Shown piece after piece: positions 45,816-57,734 of a stretch of DNA of 64,000 nt. Source of the DNA: Psammoneis japonica (Eukaryota); the NCBI GenBank assembly GCA_008632985.1, contig QPGO01000030.1:557135-621134 (forward strand), read 5' to 3'. The notes under the pieces were generated by a model. It worked only from the letters and a program-made list of their open reading frames with translations. It was not told the origin of the DNA and searched no databases. Numbering within the stretch: the first letter of the stretch is position 1; every line of letters starts with the position of its first letter. The translations under genes were made by a program, and so were the position numbers.

Positions 45816-48800
45816 CTAAGCCACCCCATCGAGTATCTCGCCCACAAGCGCTCCCAAGTCGGTTTCATATCTGTCAGCATCTAGAAGCTGAATTTCATTC
45901 CGAAGCTCTTTTGCGGCACGACCAGAAAGACGTTCGCATAACATCCAAATGCACTTTGCCTCAAAGAACGCTGCACGTGATTTGTCATCCTTGCTCCGCT
46001 TTCCTAGACTTTGCAGAAGCTTCGTTCCCATTACCACAGATGCTTGCTGATTAGCACTGATGGCCGAAAGAGAAGCTTTGATGCTACCCTCCTCTTCCGA
46101 AAACAGTACGTCAAATGTGTCGGGAAGATGGTGCTCTTCATTCGAATCTGGCGGAGTCCCTTCGACGATTTCATAGACCGATTCCAGAATAGCATCAACT
46201 GATCTTTCCATCATTTTCACACCATCCCCGTCATTCCCTGACAAGATAGACGTTACGGTTCTTCTAACAATTCCAAAATCGTAGTCTACTTCCAATTCTT
46301 TGGCATTGAGGACAATATCCTTCAACAATTGAAAATTGCTACCTTGCCTGCATAGCTGCACTGCGAGACGGCAGAGAGCCGGTAGTACCTCATTCTGCAA
46401 AACAAAAGATTCCGATGAAAGCGACAGCACCCGGCACCACTTGGACGCGTTAAATGAGATTTCCTGAACACCTTCACCCCCAATGGCAAGCCACTCTGAG
46501 AAAATGAAACAGGAAGACTTGATCAACGAAAACGTCGCCGCCAGCGAAAGGTAGTTCGAGTTTCCCTCCGAGCCGATAGACATCCTGTCGTGATCCGCAA
46601 GGGACTCAAAGCTCGTATTGAACTTTATAGGGGTGCTGTTTCGGTTGGCCCTCCGTCGAGGAGGCTCCATTGGTGTGGGGGAGCCTGGTGGCATCGGCGA
46701 ATCGGCAGAGGACGAAATCCGTGAGATGTTTAGATCTTGCAGGGAATGATTTCTACCGTCAACAGCAGCGAAGATGATAGGGACCACTTTTTCTGTTGTC
46801 CAAGAGAGCAGAGTTCTGGCCTGTGGGTCGAGCCTGAGGGGGGCATCTCCCACAGCCTGTTTGTGCATGATAAGCCTCCCGTAGGCTTCGCATGCCTTGA
46901 GAACAAAACAGACGTCTGATTCTTCTACCACCCGACCGAGGACCTTAATAATGTAAAAAAATGACAAAAAGCGATAGGGATGAGCGTCATTCGGAGAAAA
47001 GGGAACAAAACTCTAGATACACTATACTTACTGGATCGGCCATTAGGATCCTTTCTGCATGGACCGTGGCAAGCTCAAGAGCACGTTCAAAGGCACTACA
47101 TGCCGACGTGCTCTGAAGAAGAGACGTTCTCGCTGCAATACTACTTGGATCATGGCCACAGAGTATATTTTCCAGCGTGTCGAGAGCAACGTTTGGCGGA
47201 AGACGAGGAACTACGTCGAAAGACTCTTTATCAGTACCACTGCCTCTTGAAGCTTTCCTTTTGTTCGAGTTCCCCACGCGCTCAAACGACATGGCGTTCT
47301 CGTTTCCAAAAGCTGACTCAATTGACGAAGAAAGAGACCTTGCAACATCTTCGGTCAAGCCCCAGAGGCAAAGAAGAGCCACATGCGGGGAAAGATTTTC
47401 AAGGGTGGAATCGGAATCTCCGGAAGACTGGAAGGCGGCTAGTTTCATACGAGTAGTCAAATGAGAAGATAGGCCTTCTACAGACTCCGGCGGGAGTCTT
47501 CCGGCGCAGCGAAGAATAGCCGCACAAGCACGAAAGCATTCCTGCCGTACGAGAGCGCCTCTTTCTTCCGAGACGTCTTGTTCGTTGGCTTTCTGCTCAA
47601 AATGAGCGTGTACCTCTGTAAGAACTACCCCGGAGAACGCATCCCTGAGAAAGTCGTTGCATGGCTCGTTTTGTGGCTCGTCCAATTCATTCTCGATCTA
47701 AAAATCAGCATAAGAGCGAAAAAAGAAAATAGAAACATCAGACGACTCGGGGTACTTTGCGTAGGAGAAGCGATCCACAACGACACAGCTTCATGCAATT
47801 TCCTTACCGAATCCCATAGAGTACAAATTGTCTCCGCAACAGTCGCCATCATTGCTGTGTTTGACGCCGTCAGCGTTCCCTGGGCATTAGTACCGGTAGC
47901 ATTGTCTTCCTCCGACTGCCGAGATCCGTATCTCCTCCTTTTCTTGCTTCCCTGGTTCTTCCGTGCTTGCGTCTTATCAGCTTCGACTGCGGCGCTAAGA
48001 CACCGAAGAAGCATTGCTGCCAGTTTTGACACGGAGTTAACGTTGAGGTGGAGTGCAACATTGCAATAAAATACAGCAGCAGCTTGCCGATGTGTAGCCA
48101 GAAAGGAAAGAGTGCGGTTGATCTGGTCAGAGCCTGAAACGTTCTCTCCCTGAGGGAAATACGAATTAAGCATCAACGACGTCAAAGCCGACGTGACAGG
48201 ACCTTGTGGGTTCCTAGGAGAGCGACCTTCTTCAGCTAATCTTGCAAGGAGGTGATCTACAGGCACGACATGGTAGTATTTGATACCACGGATAGTTTTG
48301 ATGCGAAGAAGCATTCGAATGACAGCAAGACGAACTCGCTCCACCTTGTCGTGGATCATATTTCCTAGTGCCGGAAGCAGAGGTCGAAGAACGGCATGGG
48401 ACTGAGGAGCATCAAGAAGCGTCGTGACTGAATTCACAGCTGCAGCGCGAACCGCCGAAGATGACGAATCGGAGGCGAGCTCCGTCACGATGTCTATCGA
48501 AAGTCGAACGGAAATGGGGGAAAATGATAGTTGAAAATACATGGAATTGAAATAATCTGCATGGACAGAGAAGAATGTTGACCAAGCACTTACGATTCAT
48601 AAGAGTGCGAATATCGGTCGTTGAGAGCACATCCCAAAATCTGGTCAGAATTTTAGCGGTGGCTGCAGCGCCTGCGATCCGTATTTTCGGGTCCAAATCG
48701 ACAAGCAAACTCTCAAGAGCTGTTGTTGCCTTCTTCACCGATTGTTCAAGCTTCACATGATCAGAAGATGGGTCTTGTAGAGGAAATACTTCAGCAAGAA

Positions 48801-50148
48801 TATGAGCAGCATTGCTACGAACAGCTGAATTCGCTGCTTTTAATGAACGCCAGAGGATGGGGCCGTACATTCTGTGCAAGAGTTTTTCGACGTCCTGGGT
48901 CTTCTGTGCATCGTGGAACGGCTTGAGCACGATGTGTAGAGATTTGCTCATGGAAGGGCCCGCAATATGGAGGACTGCATACATCAAATCTTGCAGGGCG
49001 AATTCTTCGATTGACGACCTTGTGATTGATCCTGGCTCAGATTCCATCCAGGCTCTGAAGTAGATATCTCCGTATGATTCAAGGATGGTCTTCTTTGCCT
49101 CGGGGATTTGCACTCTGATCGCTGTATGGAGGTCACGCACAAGAGATTCATGCAGGGAGAAGAAGTAGGCAATAAGCCTTTTTCCTTCGGTCATCCGCAG
49201 ATAAAGGGGACTGGAGACGGTCCTTAGTACAAGCGAAAGCAAATACGCAATCGATTCCTCTTCAAAATCCAATAACTTAAACGCTTCTTTGACCGTGAAC
49301 AGGCGCTTGATATCGCTCTTCTGAGCCGATCCATCCAGGCTTTTTACAACCAAGAATGGGATCAGCTGAACGACCATGTAGTCCTTGTCGACGAAGTTGT
49401 TCTGCCACCACTTTTCGCAAAGAGAGGCGACTACACCTTGTACTTGCAGGCCCTCTGCCCCACAGTAGGATTGCAGAGAGAAAAGCACATCGTGCAACAT
49501 CTCACCGACCACAAAAACCTCATCAACGACACTATATGTTTTCCCAGGAGGATCGTTCTCAGATCGACGGTCGACGAGTCCATCAAGGTATGCGGAGACG
49601 CAGAACGCACATGCTTTCATGAACAAGAGTGCCTCTGTAGACTCGGCGTCCGGAATGATATCTTTGGTGTCGCTGATGGAACTCGAGGATTTTCTTTTGG
49701 AATTTTCGTTGCTGAAGCCTTCGTTTTCTTCTTCATCCTCGTCGTCGCTCTCATACGCCGATACCGGTACGTAGTCTTCTTCGTCGACAATCCTCTTGAG
49801 AATACCGCTCATAGCTGCGAAGAACCGACGAGCGTAGCCCTTGTGAAACTTGTGCGACCGGATGGCACCGAGAAGCGTCTCTTTCTGGTCTTGAGCTGAC
49901 ATGGTGACACGATCTTGTAGTGTGTTTGCTTCGGGGGAAAAAAAGAGCTTCACCAGCGGACTGCATGACAGAAGTCGTTCGGTGCCATCAGCTCCGCCTT
50001 CAACAGCCGCGAAAAGCGCGGCTCGAACGACTGTTTCGTCAATGTCAAGGCTTTCATCTCCTACAGATACTACTTCGTGTTTGCTGCCGTCGTTGCTGAT
50101 CTCCGCTTGAGATGCACCGTTGCCTTTCATCTTAACGCCGCCGCCCAT
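45816..50148 (-). CDS. NCAPG2: Condensin II HEAT subunit CAP-G2; 4 exons
   Basis: LCEKWW, EGKRLIAYFF, YGDIYFRAW, IEEFALQDLM, PILWRSLKAANSAVRSNA, EVFPLQDP, HDKVERVR, IKYYHVVPVDHLLARL. Confidence 0.9.
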
Positions 50149-50576
50149 TGTCGAGGGAAAATCTGACAATCAGACTTCGGCACAAACGGTCAAAACTGGA
50201 ATTCAAAATGCGCTACTGTACGTAGCTTTTCTAACGGATCGTACGGTACATTCGAATGACGATCTAACGGTCGGTTCATTCCATTTATTAAAAGTTTTGA
50301 ATATGATCATAATGAGTTTCGCGTGAGATGAGCGACGCAGGTGCGGCAGGGCCAGACGAGCTCGTTGTCTATCTGGTCGAGTTAGTCGAAAATCCTCGCA
50401 CCGCACACTCACACCCATCACGCACGATGCACGCACCACGCACCATGAACCATGATGGAGACCTCATGACAACGCCGCGATGCATTGAGCCAATTTACTG
50501 TACATGATGTGTCGACATCAATGACACCATTTAAGCATTGCACACTCTTGCGCTTGTTATTTTAATCCCAGCCATC

Positions 50577-52126
50577 ATGGAAGAAGAGTTTTACACGCTG
50601 AACATTGACGACGATTCAGCAGCGAAAGAGCATGACGTTTCCGCCGGTGCACTAGGGAGGGCCGTGTGTCTTAGACTGCCGTCATCTCTCCTCGAAACCG
50701 TGGACGAATCTACTGAAATTGTCTTTGAAGTGCCCGAAACACAAGCTGTTGAGGGCGCATTGGCGGGCGCACTCCGAAGAAACGTAGATGGAACCCCGAG
50801 CGCAGCGGAAAGAGAGATAAGCCTACGGGTTGAACCGACAAGCGAAACCGACGTGTATTGCAGTTTGTCTTCATCGCGGAATCGTCTGGAATTTATTGGG
50901 AGAGTGTCGACACGCGGTACAATTCAAGTTGCCTCTGACACAATAGTACGAGACCTTGGACGAAAAGCAAGAGAGCGACTGGCTGAAGAACGGCAAAAGC
51001 GAAGGGAAATCGTGCGCCTCGAAACAGATGCTGATGTTAGGGAAGAGCAGCGTACTTCCGACAGAGGTAGACTTGGAATCGCATTTACAGAAAACAAGCG
51101 TCGAAAGAGCGCAGGACCGGTGACAAAGAAGCGGCGAATTACAACTCCAAAATCGCAACGAAACAGTTCTGACCAGAGTGTAGATACGTGGATCCCAGAT
51201 ACCTCAGATATCCCAGAGTTAACAAAAGAAGAGTCTTCCAACATTGTCCGACTCCACGGGTTACCTTTGGGGGTCTGCCCAGAGCACATTTCAAAATTCT
51301 TTTTGGGGCTACAACCGGAATATGTCTTCGTTTTGCCATGCTTCTCAGCAAGGATCGCCACTTGGGACTCAAAAGTGCAAGGCGGAAGGCCATCGCAGCC
51401 AATCATGAAGAGACATGGTCCAGATTTCAGGGTCTTTGTCAAATTCCATTCTGCTCCGTTGGCGGAAATGGCAACATCTAGATCTGGTGAAATTATGTAT
51501 TTTGAGACCAACGGCGAGAAAGAAGGAGCAGCAGTGTCTGTAACTCCGGTAGCACGACCGCACGCAGCTCATCTTTTACGCAATATGGTGAGCGCACTTC
51601 GCTTAGGATCAACAACATAGCTTACTATTTACACTTTCTCACAAATAATTGTTACTTGACATTGCCATCAAACCAGGCAATCAAAACACCAGCTGGAATA
51701 CCAATCGATGACACGCTGGCTCAAACTGAGGCGAAGCTCGCCCCGTGTGTCACGAGTATTCTTTGGGCCTCCACTTCTCATAAATTTGACCTTTCTCCCG
51801 GAGGAAATGGGTTTGTCGACAAGCAGTACCCTTGGCAAAAGGATCTCAATGTGTGGAATGCCGAAAAACTTGTTGGCTACCAACAGCTCGCGAGTCACCA
51901 CAACGATTTGATCCGTGAGTACGAGAAGCTCGAGTCATCCGCAACGTGTCTTTTGATGCATGTCTATGACCCCGAGCTATCTCAGGATTCGATCGTTCGT
52001 CTAACAAGCGCTGCATCAAGTATCCTTTCCGAAAGTGTTGAGGAAGCAAGGAACAAGCTTCGACAGGCCTTTCTCAAGCTTCGATGCGGCGGCGGTGGCC
52101 CGCCCTCGGCACCAGCCTCATTTTGA
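50577..52126 (+). CDS. RRM-like domain protein; intron ~51588-51676
   Basis: IVRLHGLPLGVCPEHISKFFLGL ... VFVKFHS (quasi-RRM); NLS-like KRRK/KKRR. Confidence 0.65.
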
Positions 52127-52912
52127 CTTTGCTGCTTTCTTTTGCTTCTTCAATACAGACTTGGAAGGAGGTTTGTCATTTTCTATCGCCTTCTGGGCGC
52201 TGTTTTTCCACTTTTGAATGGCGCAGGATTGTTTTTCGGTGAAACCGATAATTCCCATTCTTTCATCCGCGCACGTACAATCCAGGAAGGTCAACGCTTG
52301 GCGAGCAACGTCGGCTCCACATCTTTTGAAATACCCAGGCTTGGCTCCGCTGAGAGGGCCACTCTGTAAGGCGAGCTGTACAAGCTGAAAGACTGCAAGC
52401 GACATCGCACGACATTCTTCTGGGTCAAGCTCATCCTTCGTGTAGTGCGAGAATATTGCGACACACTCATTGGCACAATTGTGCACCGCATGCAACACAT
52501 TTTGCTGCCACGTGCTTGGATTAGATATAGAAACCGTAGAAAGCTGAATTGATTCTTGTACGTTTCTCATTCGACGGTTCAAGTGCTGTATCTCCCGATG
52601 GGAAGGAAATTCAACTGCAGAGTCGTCGTCATTTGATGCATCAGCAGTACGTGTACTACCGTTTACACCTTCGTTTACAGTATTCTGCATTATTTTCAGG
52701 TCTCCGTGCAAATGCATAGATTTCTTCTCGTCTGCAATAGCTTCGACTTCTTGCTGTTGGTCATCAATTTGTTGACGAGACGGTCCAGTTTTCTTTCGTC
52801 GGCGTGCTTGATGCTTGTTTATGTTACTATCTGTAGGACCTGCGCGACCCCGAAACGTTCGACGCGACCCATCGATAACTGATGCAGATCTCATACCGGA
52901 ACGAGACGCCAT
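52118..52912 (-). CDS. Hypothetical protein
   Basis: About 264-codon ORF with an ordered-looking core (LALQSGPLSGAKPGYFKRCG) and a basic tail. Confidence 0.6.
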   Translation of the reverse strand: MASRSGMRSASVIDGSRRTFRGRAGPTDSNINKHQARRRKKTGPSRQQIDDQQQEVEAIADEKKSMHLHGDLKIMQNTVNEGVNGSTRTADASNDDDSAVEFPSHREIQHLNRRMRNVQESIQLSTVSISNPSTWQQNVLHAVHNCANECVAIFSHYTKDELDPEECRAMSLAVFQLVQLALQSGPLSGAKPGYFKRCGADVARQALTFLDCTCADERMGIIGFTEKQSCAIQKWKNSAQKAIENDKPPSKSVLKKQKKAAKSK

Positions 52913-53295
52913 TCTGCCAAACAAAACCAACTCCGCAACAACAATAATTGAAGTATCTAATGCAAGGACGACACTACTCATCAACACAAGACACAAGCAC
53001 CACGACGATCACGTCAGACGTGAGGGACGTTGTGCGAGAGGGCAGGACGACGGACGATACAGTATGAAAGCGCGGGAAAGGAATGCCAGCGTGACGCCGG
53101 CAATGCAATGCCTGATTCGATCAATTTGAAATATTCATGACGCACCATGGGAATGACAGAGGCCTTCGCGCCATTTTCAACACGCATCAACGAAAATGAC
53201 AGCAACCAGCTTCCATCCAGTGTGGAGAAACAAAACTTCGCCAGAAGGAGCGATTGCTGCATCCTGAAACCGTCAACGCTTTATCGAGATCAATC

Positions 53296-54314
53296 ATGCA
53301 ACCCATCACATCCTTCCTTACACCCAAGCCAGAGAATTCAGGGGAACAGCCAAATTCAATCCGGAAGCGCGGATCTTTGAGCGACGGAGACGAAGACACG
53401 AAACGTCAGAAAAATGACAAACACGACGAAGTCAAATCTACGGACGTGCTAAAGAACGAGAAAGAGTTGCTTCCAGAAACTTTGGAACTAATTTCTCATC
53501 TACAGCAAGACGAGTCTGAGCCGGTGACATGGCGTAAGAAGCTCGACAAGCATGTTTCCTCGGCAGCCTTTGCCAAGCTTGCAGTTTTTGTATCCAACGC
53601 AAGGTACTACCGTATGCTTTGGAAGCTTGATAGTTTCCCCAGCGGTTTCCAATAATCTGACGTCTTCGCTGCCTCTAACGTTGTTTTCACAGGAAGAACT
53701 ACACTGTGTATCCGCCGCCGCAGGATACGTTCTCTGCTCTCAATCTCACTCCGTTGAACAAGGTGAAAGTTGTGATTGTAGGTCAAGATCCCTATCATGC
53801 GCCTATGCAGGCTCATGGTTTGTCCTTTTCGGTTCGAAAGGGGGTCGCGATCCCCCCATCATTGAGAAACATCTACAAAGAGCTTCAAAGCGACGATAAT
53901 GTGGATTTTCCTTCCAAAAACAGAAGTATGCCAACTCACGGAAATCTAGAGAGATGGGCACAGCAAGGTGTCCTGCTTCTCAATACAGTCCTAACCGTGA
54001 AGCGATCCGAGGCGAACAGTCACAAAAGCAAGGGTTGGGAGAAGTTTACAGATGACATTATTCGAATCGCGAACCGCGAGTGTCGCACCAACGGAAAGGG
54101 TGTCGTCTTCCTTCTCTGGGGCAAGCCAGCAGCCAAGAAAGCGCAGTCAGTTATTGGAGCGGGAAGAAAAACCTCCATTATTTGCACCTCTCACCCCAGT
54201 CCCTTGGGAGCAATGAAAACCAAGGCACCTTTTCTTGGAAGCAAATGTTTCAGTCGATGCAACGAAGCACTAGTAAACATGGGGCATGAACCAATTGATT
54301 GGAATGTAGACTAG
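53296..54314 (+). CDS. UNG: Uracil-DNA glycosylase, family 1; intron 53604-53692
   Basis: VKVVIVGQDPYH, QAHGLSFSV, PPSLRNIYKEL, WAQQGVLLLN, VFLLWG, HPSPL; N-terminal PIP-box-like QPITSFL. Confidence 0.96.
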
Positions 54315-55182
54315 ATTGAGAGTTGTAAGCAACCAACACGTGCCTACAGAACTATTCTTTTAAGGTTTTTCTAAAACTGCTCGATTTCATCCGAGCAAGG
54401 AGTTGCTCGTGAGCATTGAGTGTTGCTTCTTAGACCTAGGAGAGAAATGTTACTGCTTGACGTTTCTCAAGGCACGCTTTGAAGACCTGATGATTCATAC
54501 CTCCCTTCTCTATAGATCCCCAAAAGAGTTCGAAAACAATCTTTGCAAAGCCTTCGTGGTCGCGGTTTACTCGAGACTTGCAGGACAGGACTGAACCAAG
54601 CTGGTCGGCCGGTACCTACTCTCGGCTTCCGTCACCAAGACAATACTGTGTGTACCGGCAGCCAGCTCCTGATGCCAATGCCCCCAGGCATATCCGGAAA
54701 CTAAAACGTGATGATGCGTAGTACCAAATTCAAGATGGCAAAACTCCCAACGACTAGCTCTATTAGAGGTGGGGTTGTATTCTAGCTACTAGAGAGAGCA
54801 ACTGCCGCGCTCCTTGTCCTGATTTCGTTTTTTTTCTTTTTTGTTTCGTTCAAACTTCCCGGCAAAAACTCGAAAATGTGCAGAAATGGGCTATTATAGA
54901 AATTTCCGCTTGCGCACGGCACAGATTTTTTTTCAATTTTGGATAGAGACCATGATCGCGGGGACGTTGCAGACAGATCCTCGTTCGGGTGGTATCAAGA
55001 GGAATAGCGATGTAAATGTCCTCCCAATCGTATCAGAAAGTGAGTTTAGCTCATGACTTTCGGTAGCTTTCCATGGCATCCTGGGAGATTTCCAGCCAGG
55101 TTCAATGTGCAGATGTGCAGGCGTGGCGGCGTGACTAAGCCTATTATCACGAGCACTGAAACGAAGTGATTTTGCACTTGAT

Positions 55183-56101
55183 ATGGTTGATCGATCGAAG
55201 GTGTTTGTTCTTTTGCGGTATCTGGCGAGCTTCTCCTTACTTACGTTATCTTTTCCATTCCATCTAAAACTCGGTAGCATGGTCACAGGTGAGGGATGAC
55301 ACTGATCCGTCGATAGACTGGTTAATTGCTGGATATGAGGGAAATAGCAAAACCGACATTACAGTATTGGGTCGAGGAGTCGGCGGAATTGATTCTTGTT
55401 CGCGATCGCTTCCAGATCGTGTCGCCGTCTTTGGTGGATGCAGGCTCCAACAAAATGGGAGATTTGTTAGCTTTTTTTATGTGGATGATGGAACTCCAGT
55501 TATGCAACGTGGACGAGCGTCAATGCATAAGAATGGTGAGTGTCGGTTGATTTTGAGTTCACCTCCGCGAGTATGAGGGACTGATGGTTGAGCTACAACA
55601 TTGCGCATGTCCGTAGGAGTTTTGAACGTTCTAGAAGGATGCGACGGAGAGATAGAAATGAAACGTGGTCTCTTGGAAAAAGAAACTGTTCTGCCTGTTT
55701 CAGGTGGTGGTAATGTCAATACGAGTAAGCAAATGCAGTCAACACCAAAACCGGCGTCCGTACCTTCAATATCAAACAAGCCGGCATCAACTGTGGCGCC
55801 GCCCACGAGTAAGAAGGAGATTGGTGCGCCACCAGCGGTAGTTGATGATGCACCATCTCCAAATGACACAAGAGGAGCCAGGTCGTTGAATGCCAGTGTC
55901 GGCACAACAGCGGTGCCTTATTCTCAGCTGAAAGACGTGAATGACCCTGCACTCCTTCCGGCAGGTGTAGACCCACTGAATCGAGAACAGTCACTATCTG
56001 ACACAGAGTTCCTCGTTGTTTTTGGAATGGATAGAAATACTTTCAAGCAGCAGCCAGCCTGGAAACGCACCAACCTGAAAAAGAGTAAAGGGTTATTCTG
56101 A
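55183..56101 (+). CDS. Actin-binding protein: ADF-H/coactosin-like domain + villin headpiece (5' end uncertain)
   Basis: [34 protein letters not shown]; intron ~55537-55616; headpiece [29 protein letters not shown]. Confidence 0.85.
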
Positions 56102-56187
56102 TGCTGCATGGACAGGCAAGCCCAGAAAGTTGCAAAAAATTGATAGAAGTACTATGACAGTTAAAACAATAGCATTCGCATCTTGTA

Positions 56188-57618
56188 TCACTCTATATCC
56201 ATGGGTTCGTCAGCATGACGGAACCACGGGTGGTTGGCAACCTCATCTAGCGAAAGTCGCAATCTGGGGTCAACTTGGAGCATACCCTGCAACAAGTCTA
56301 AAGCTTCGTCCGATAGCGTCACGCCCCAATCGTCAAGCAGCATTGTGAGTCCTTTTGTCATCCAATAGAACTGCGGGTCTGACTCGTGTGGTCGTTCATA
56401 GGATCGATTTCCACTGAGCATACAAAAGAAAATCGTTCCAATTGTCCAAATGTCCACTGCCTCAGCATCAAAGCTGTCCCTGTTTACGTAAATCTCTGGC
56501 GACATGTACGGCAATTTCCCGCAAGCACCCTGTGGCTTGAGCAGCCGGCGTGCGGTTCCTTTCGATATGTCAGTCACCGCGTTTGCCGGGCCATCCTTTC
56601 TAGAGTATGGTATTCGCAAACACATTCCCATGTCAATAATGAGACATTTCTTCTGTTTGTCAATCATGATGTTCTCCGGAGACAAGTCACGATGGCAAAT
56701 ACCAACACCGCGTTGTAGATGGCATAATCCAGCAACCATTTGCCGAAACCAATAGCGTGCCTTTGGTTCTGGCAGCTTTGGCGTTCTTTGCAAAAAGGCA
56801 AACAAGTCACCCGATCCACAGTAAGGCATAACAACATTGAGCTGGTTATTCTTGCCATCGAAAAGTACTTCCAAGCATCCCAACACATTTGGGTGATCGT
56901 TACCAATGAGTTGCATTGCAGCTATTTCTTTCAGGGGGTCCTCGGCGTGCCTGTTCTTCATTCGTTTCATTCTATCGCCATAATTGACTTTTACTGCAAC
57001 ATACTCTGTTGTTAGCTGGAAAACAATGTCTTCTTCTTCGTCGTCTTCATCTTCGCTGTCGGTGCTGTCATTATCGTCATTCTCGGCATCCGATTCGTTG
57101 TCCTTCACGCAGCGCTTCAGTACGTGGCATATTTCAACATGCCCCATGATTGTCTTCATGGTTGCGTGCTGAGGTATGGGAAAGTAAGCCCGCTCAACTC
57201 TATTCAGTCCGCCTTCCTCGCTTCCGTATTCGCGTGAAAAGTCGTGAAACAACACCCGCTCAGCTTGGTAAACTCGTTGGGTGAGATCGTTGCAATAGCA
57301 TACAGTAGCTCGCTGCCCTCTTTGAAACACCGGAGAAGGAAAAGCAATGGGATCTGCGGGTCTCCCAGCCTCACATACATCATCCCAAGGACGACGATCT
57401 GCCCGTGCTGTAGCAGACGGTTCCGCGGCATTTGCAGCCTCCTCTTTGCCGCGACTGCTGTCTAACGATGTGCTGGAGAGGGTCAGTGTTTCGAGCTGCA
57501 TGTTCATGTCACCGTTGCTGCTGCCGTATCTTTCTTCAGATTCAAAACGCATCATGTGAGGGACCCCACCCTGTCCATCCGATGACTCTTCCCGGGCATA
57601 ACCGTCGTCGCGAGCCAT
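56188..57618 (-). CDS. Ser/Thr protein kinase (CAMK-like group)
   Basis: VAVK, EDPLKEIAAM, HRDLSPEN, IIDMGM, GKLPYMSPE, DIWTIG, DPRLR. Confidence 0.93.
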   Translation of the reverse strand: MARDDGYAREESSDGQGGVPHMMRFESEERYGSSNGDMNMQLETLTLSSTSLDSSRGKEEAANAAEPSATARADRRPWDDVCEAGRPADPIAFPSPVFQRGQRATVCYCNDLTQRVYQAERVLFHDFSREYGSEEGGLNRVERAYFPIPQHATMKTIMGHVEICHVLKRCVKDNESDAENDDNDSTDSEDEDDEEEDIVFQLTTEYVAVKVNYGDRMKRMKNRHAEDPLKEIAAMQLIGNDHPNVLGCLEVLFDGKNNQLNVVMPYCGSGDLFAFLQRTPKLPEPKARYWFRQMVAGLCHLQRGVGICHRDLSPENIMIDKQKKCLIIDMGMCLRIPYSRKDGPANAVTDISKGTARRLLKPQGACGKLPYMSPEIYVNRDSFDAEAVDIWTIGTIFFCMLSGNRSYERPHESDPQFYWMTKGLTMLLDDWGVTLSDEALDLLQGMLQVDPRLRLSLDEVANHPWFRHADEPMDIE

Positions 57619-57734
57619 GTTCAGTGAAAGTGCCTTTTTGTGTCCGTCTCACACCGACCGTATCTCTCTGCTCTCAACGCGTTTGCTGATCGGACGGGTC
57701 TAACGTATGATATCACGTATTCTCAAAGCATAAA

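Noticed and set aside
53296..54314. UNG as the cause of the nearby hypermutated tracts
   Set aside because: Ordinary housekeeping family-1 UNG; proximity is not evidence, and UNG does not explain A->G at TpA.
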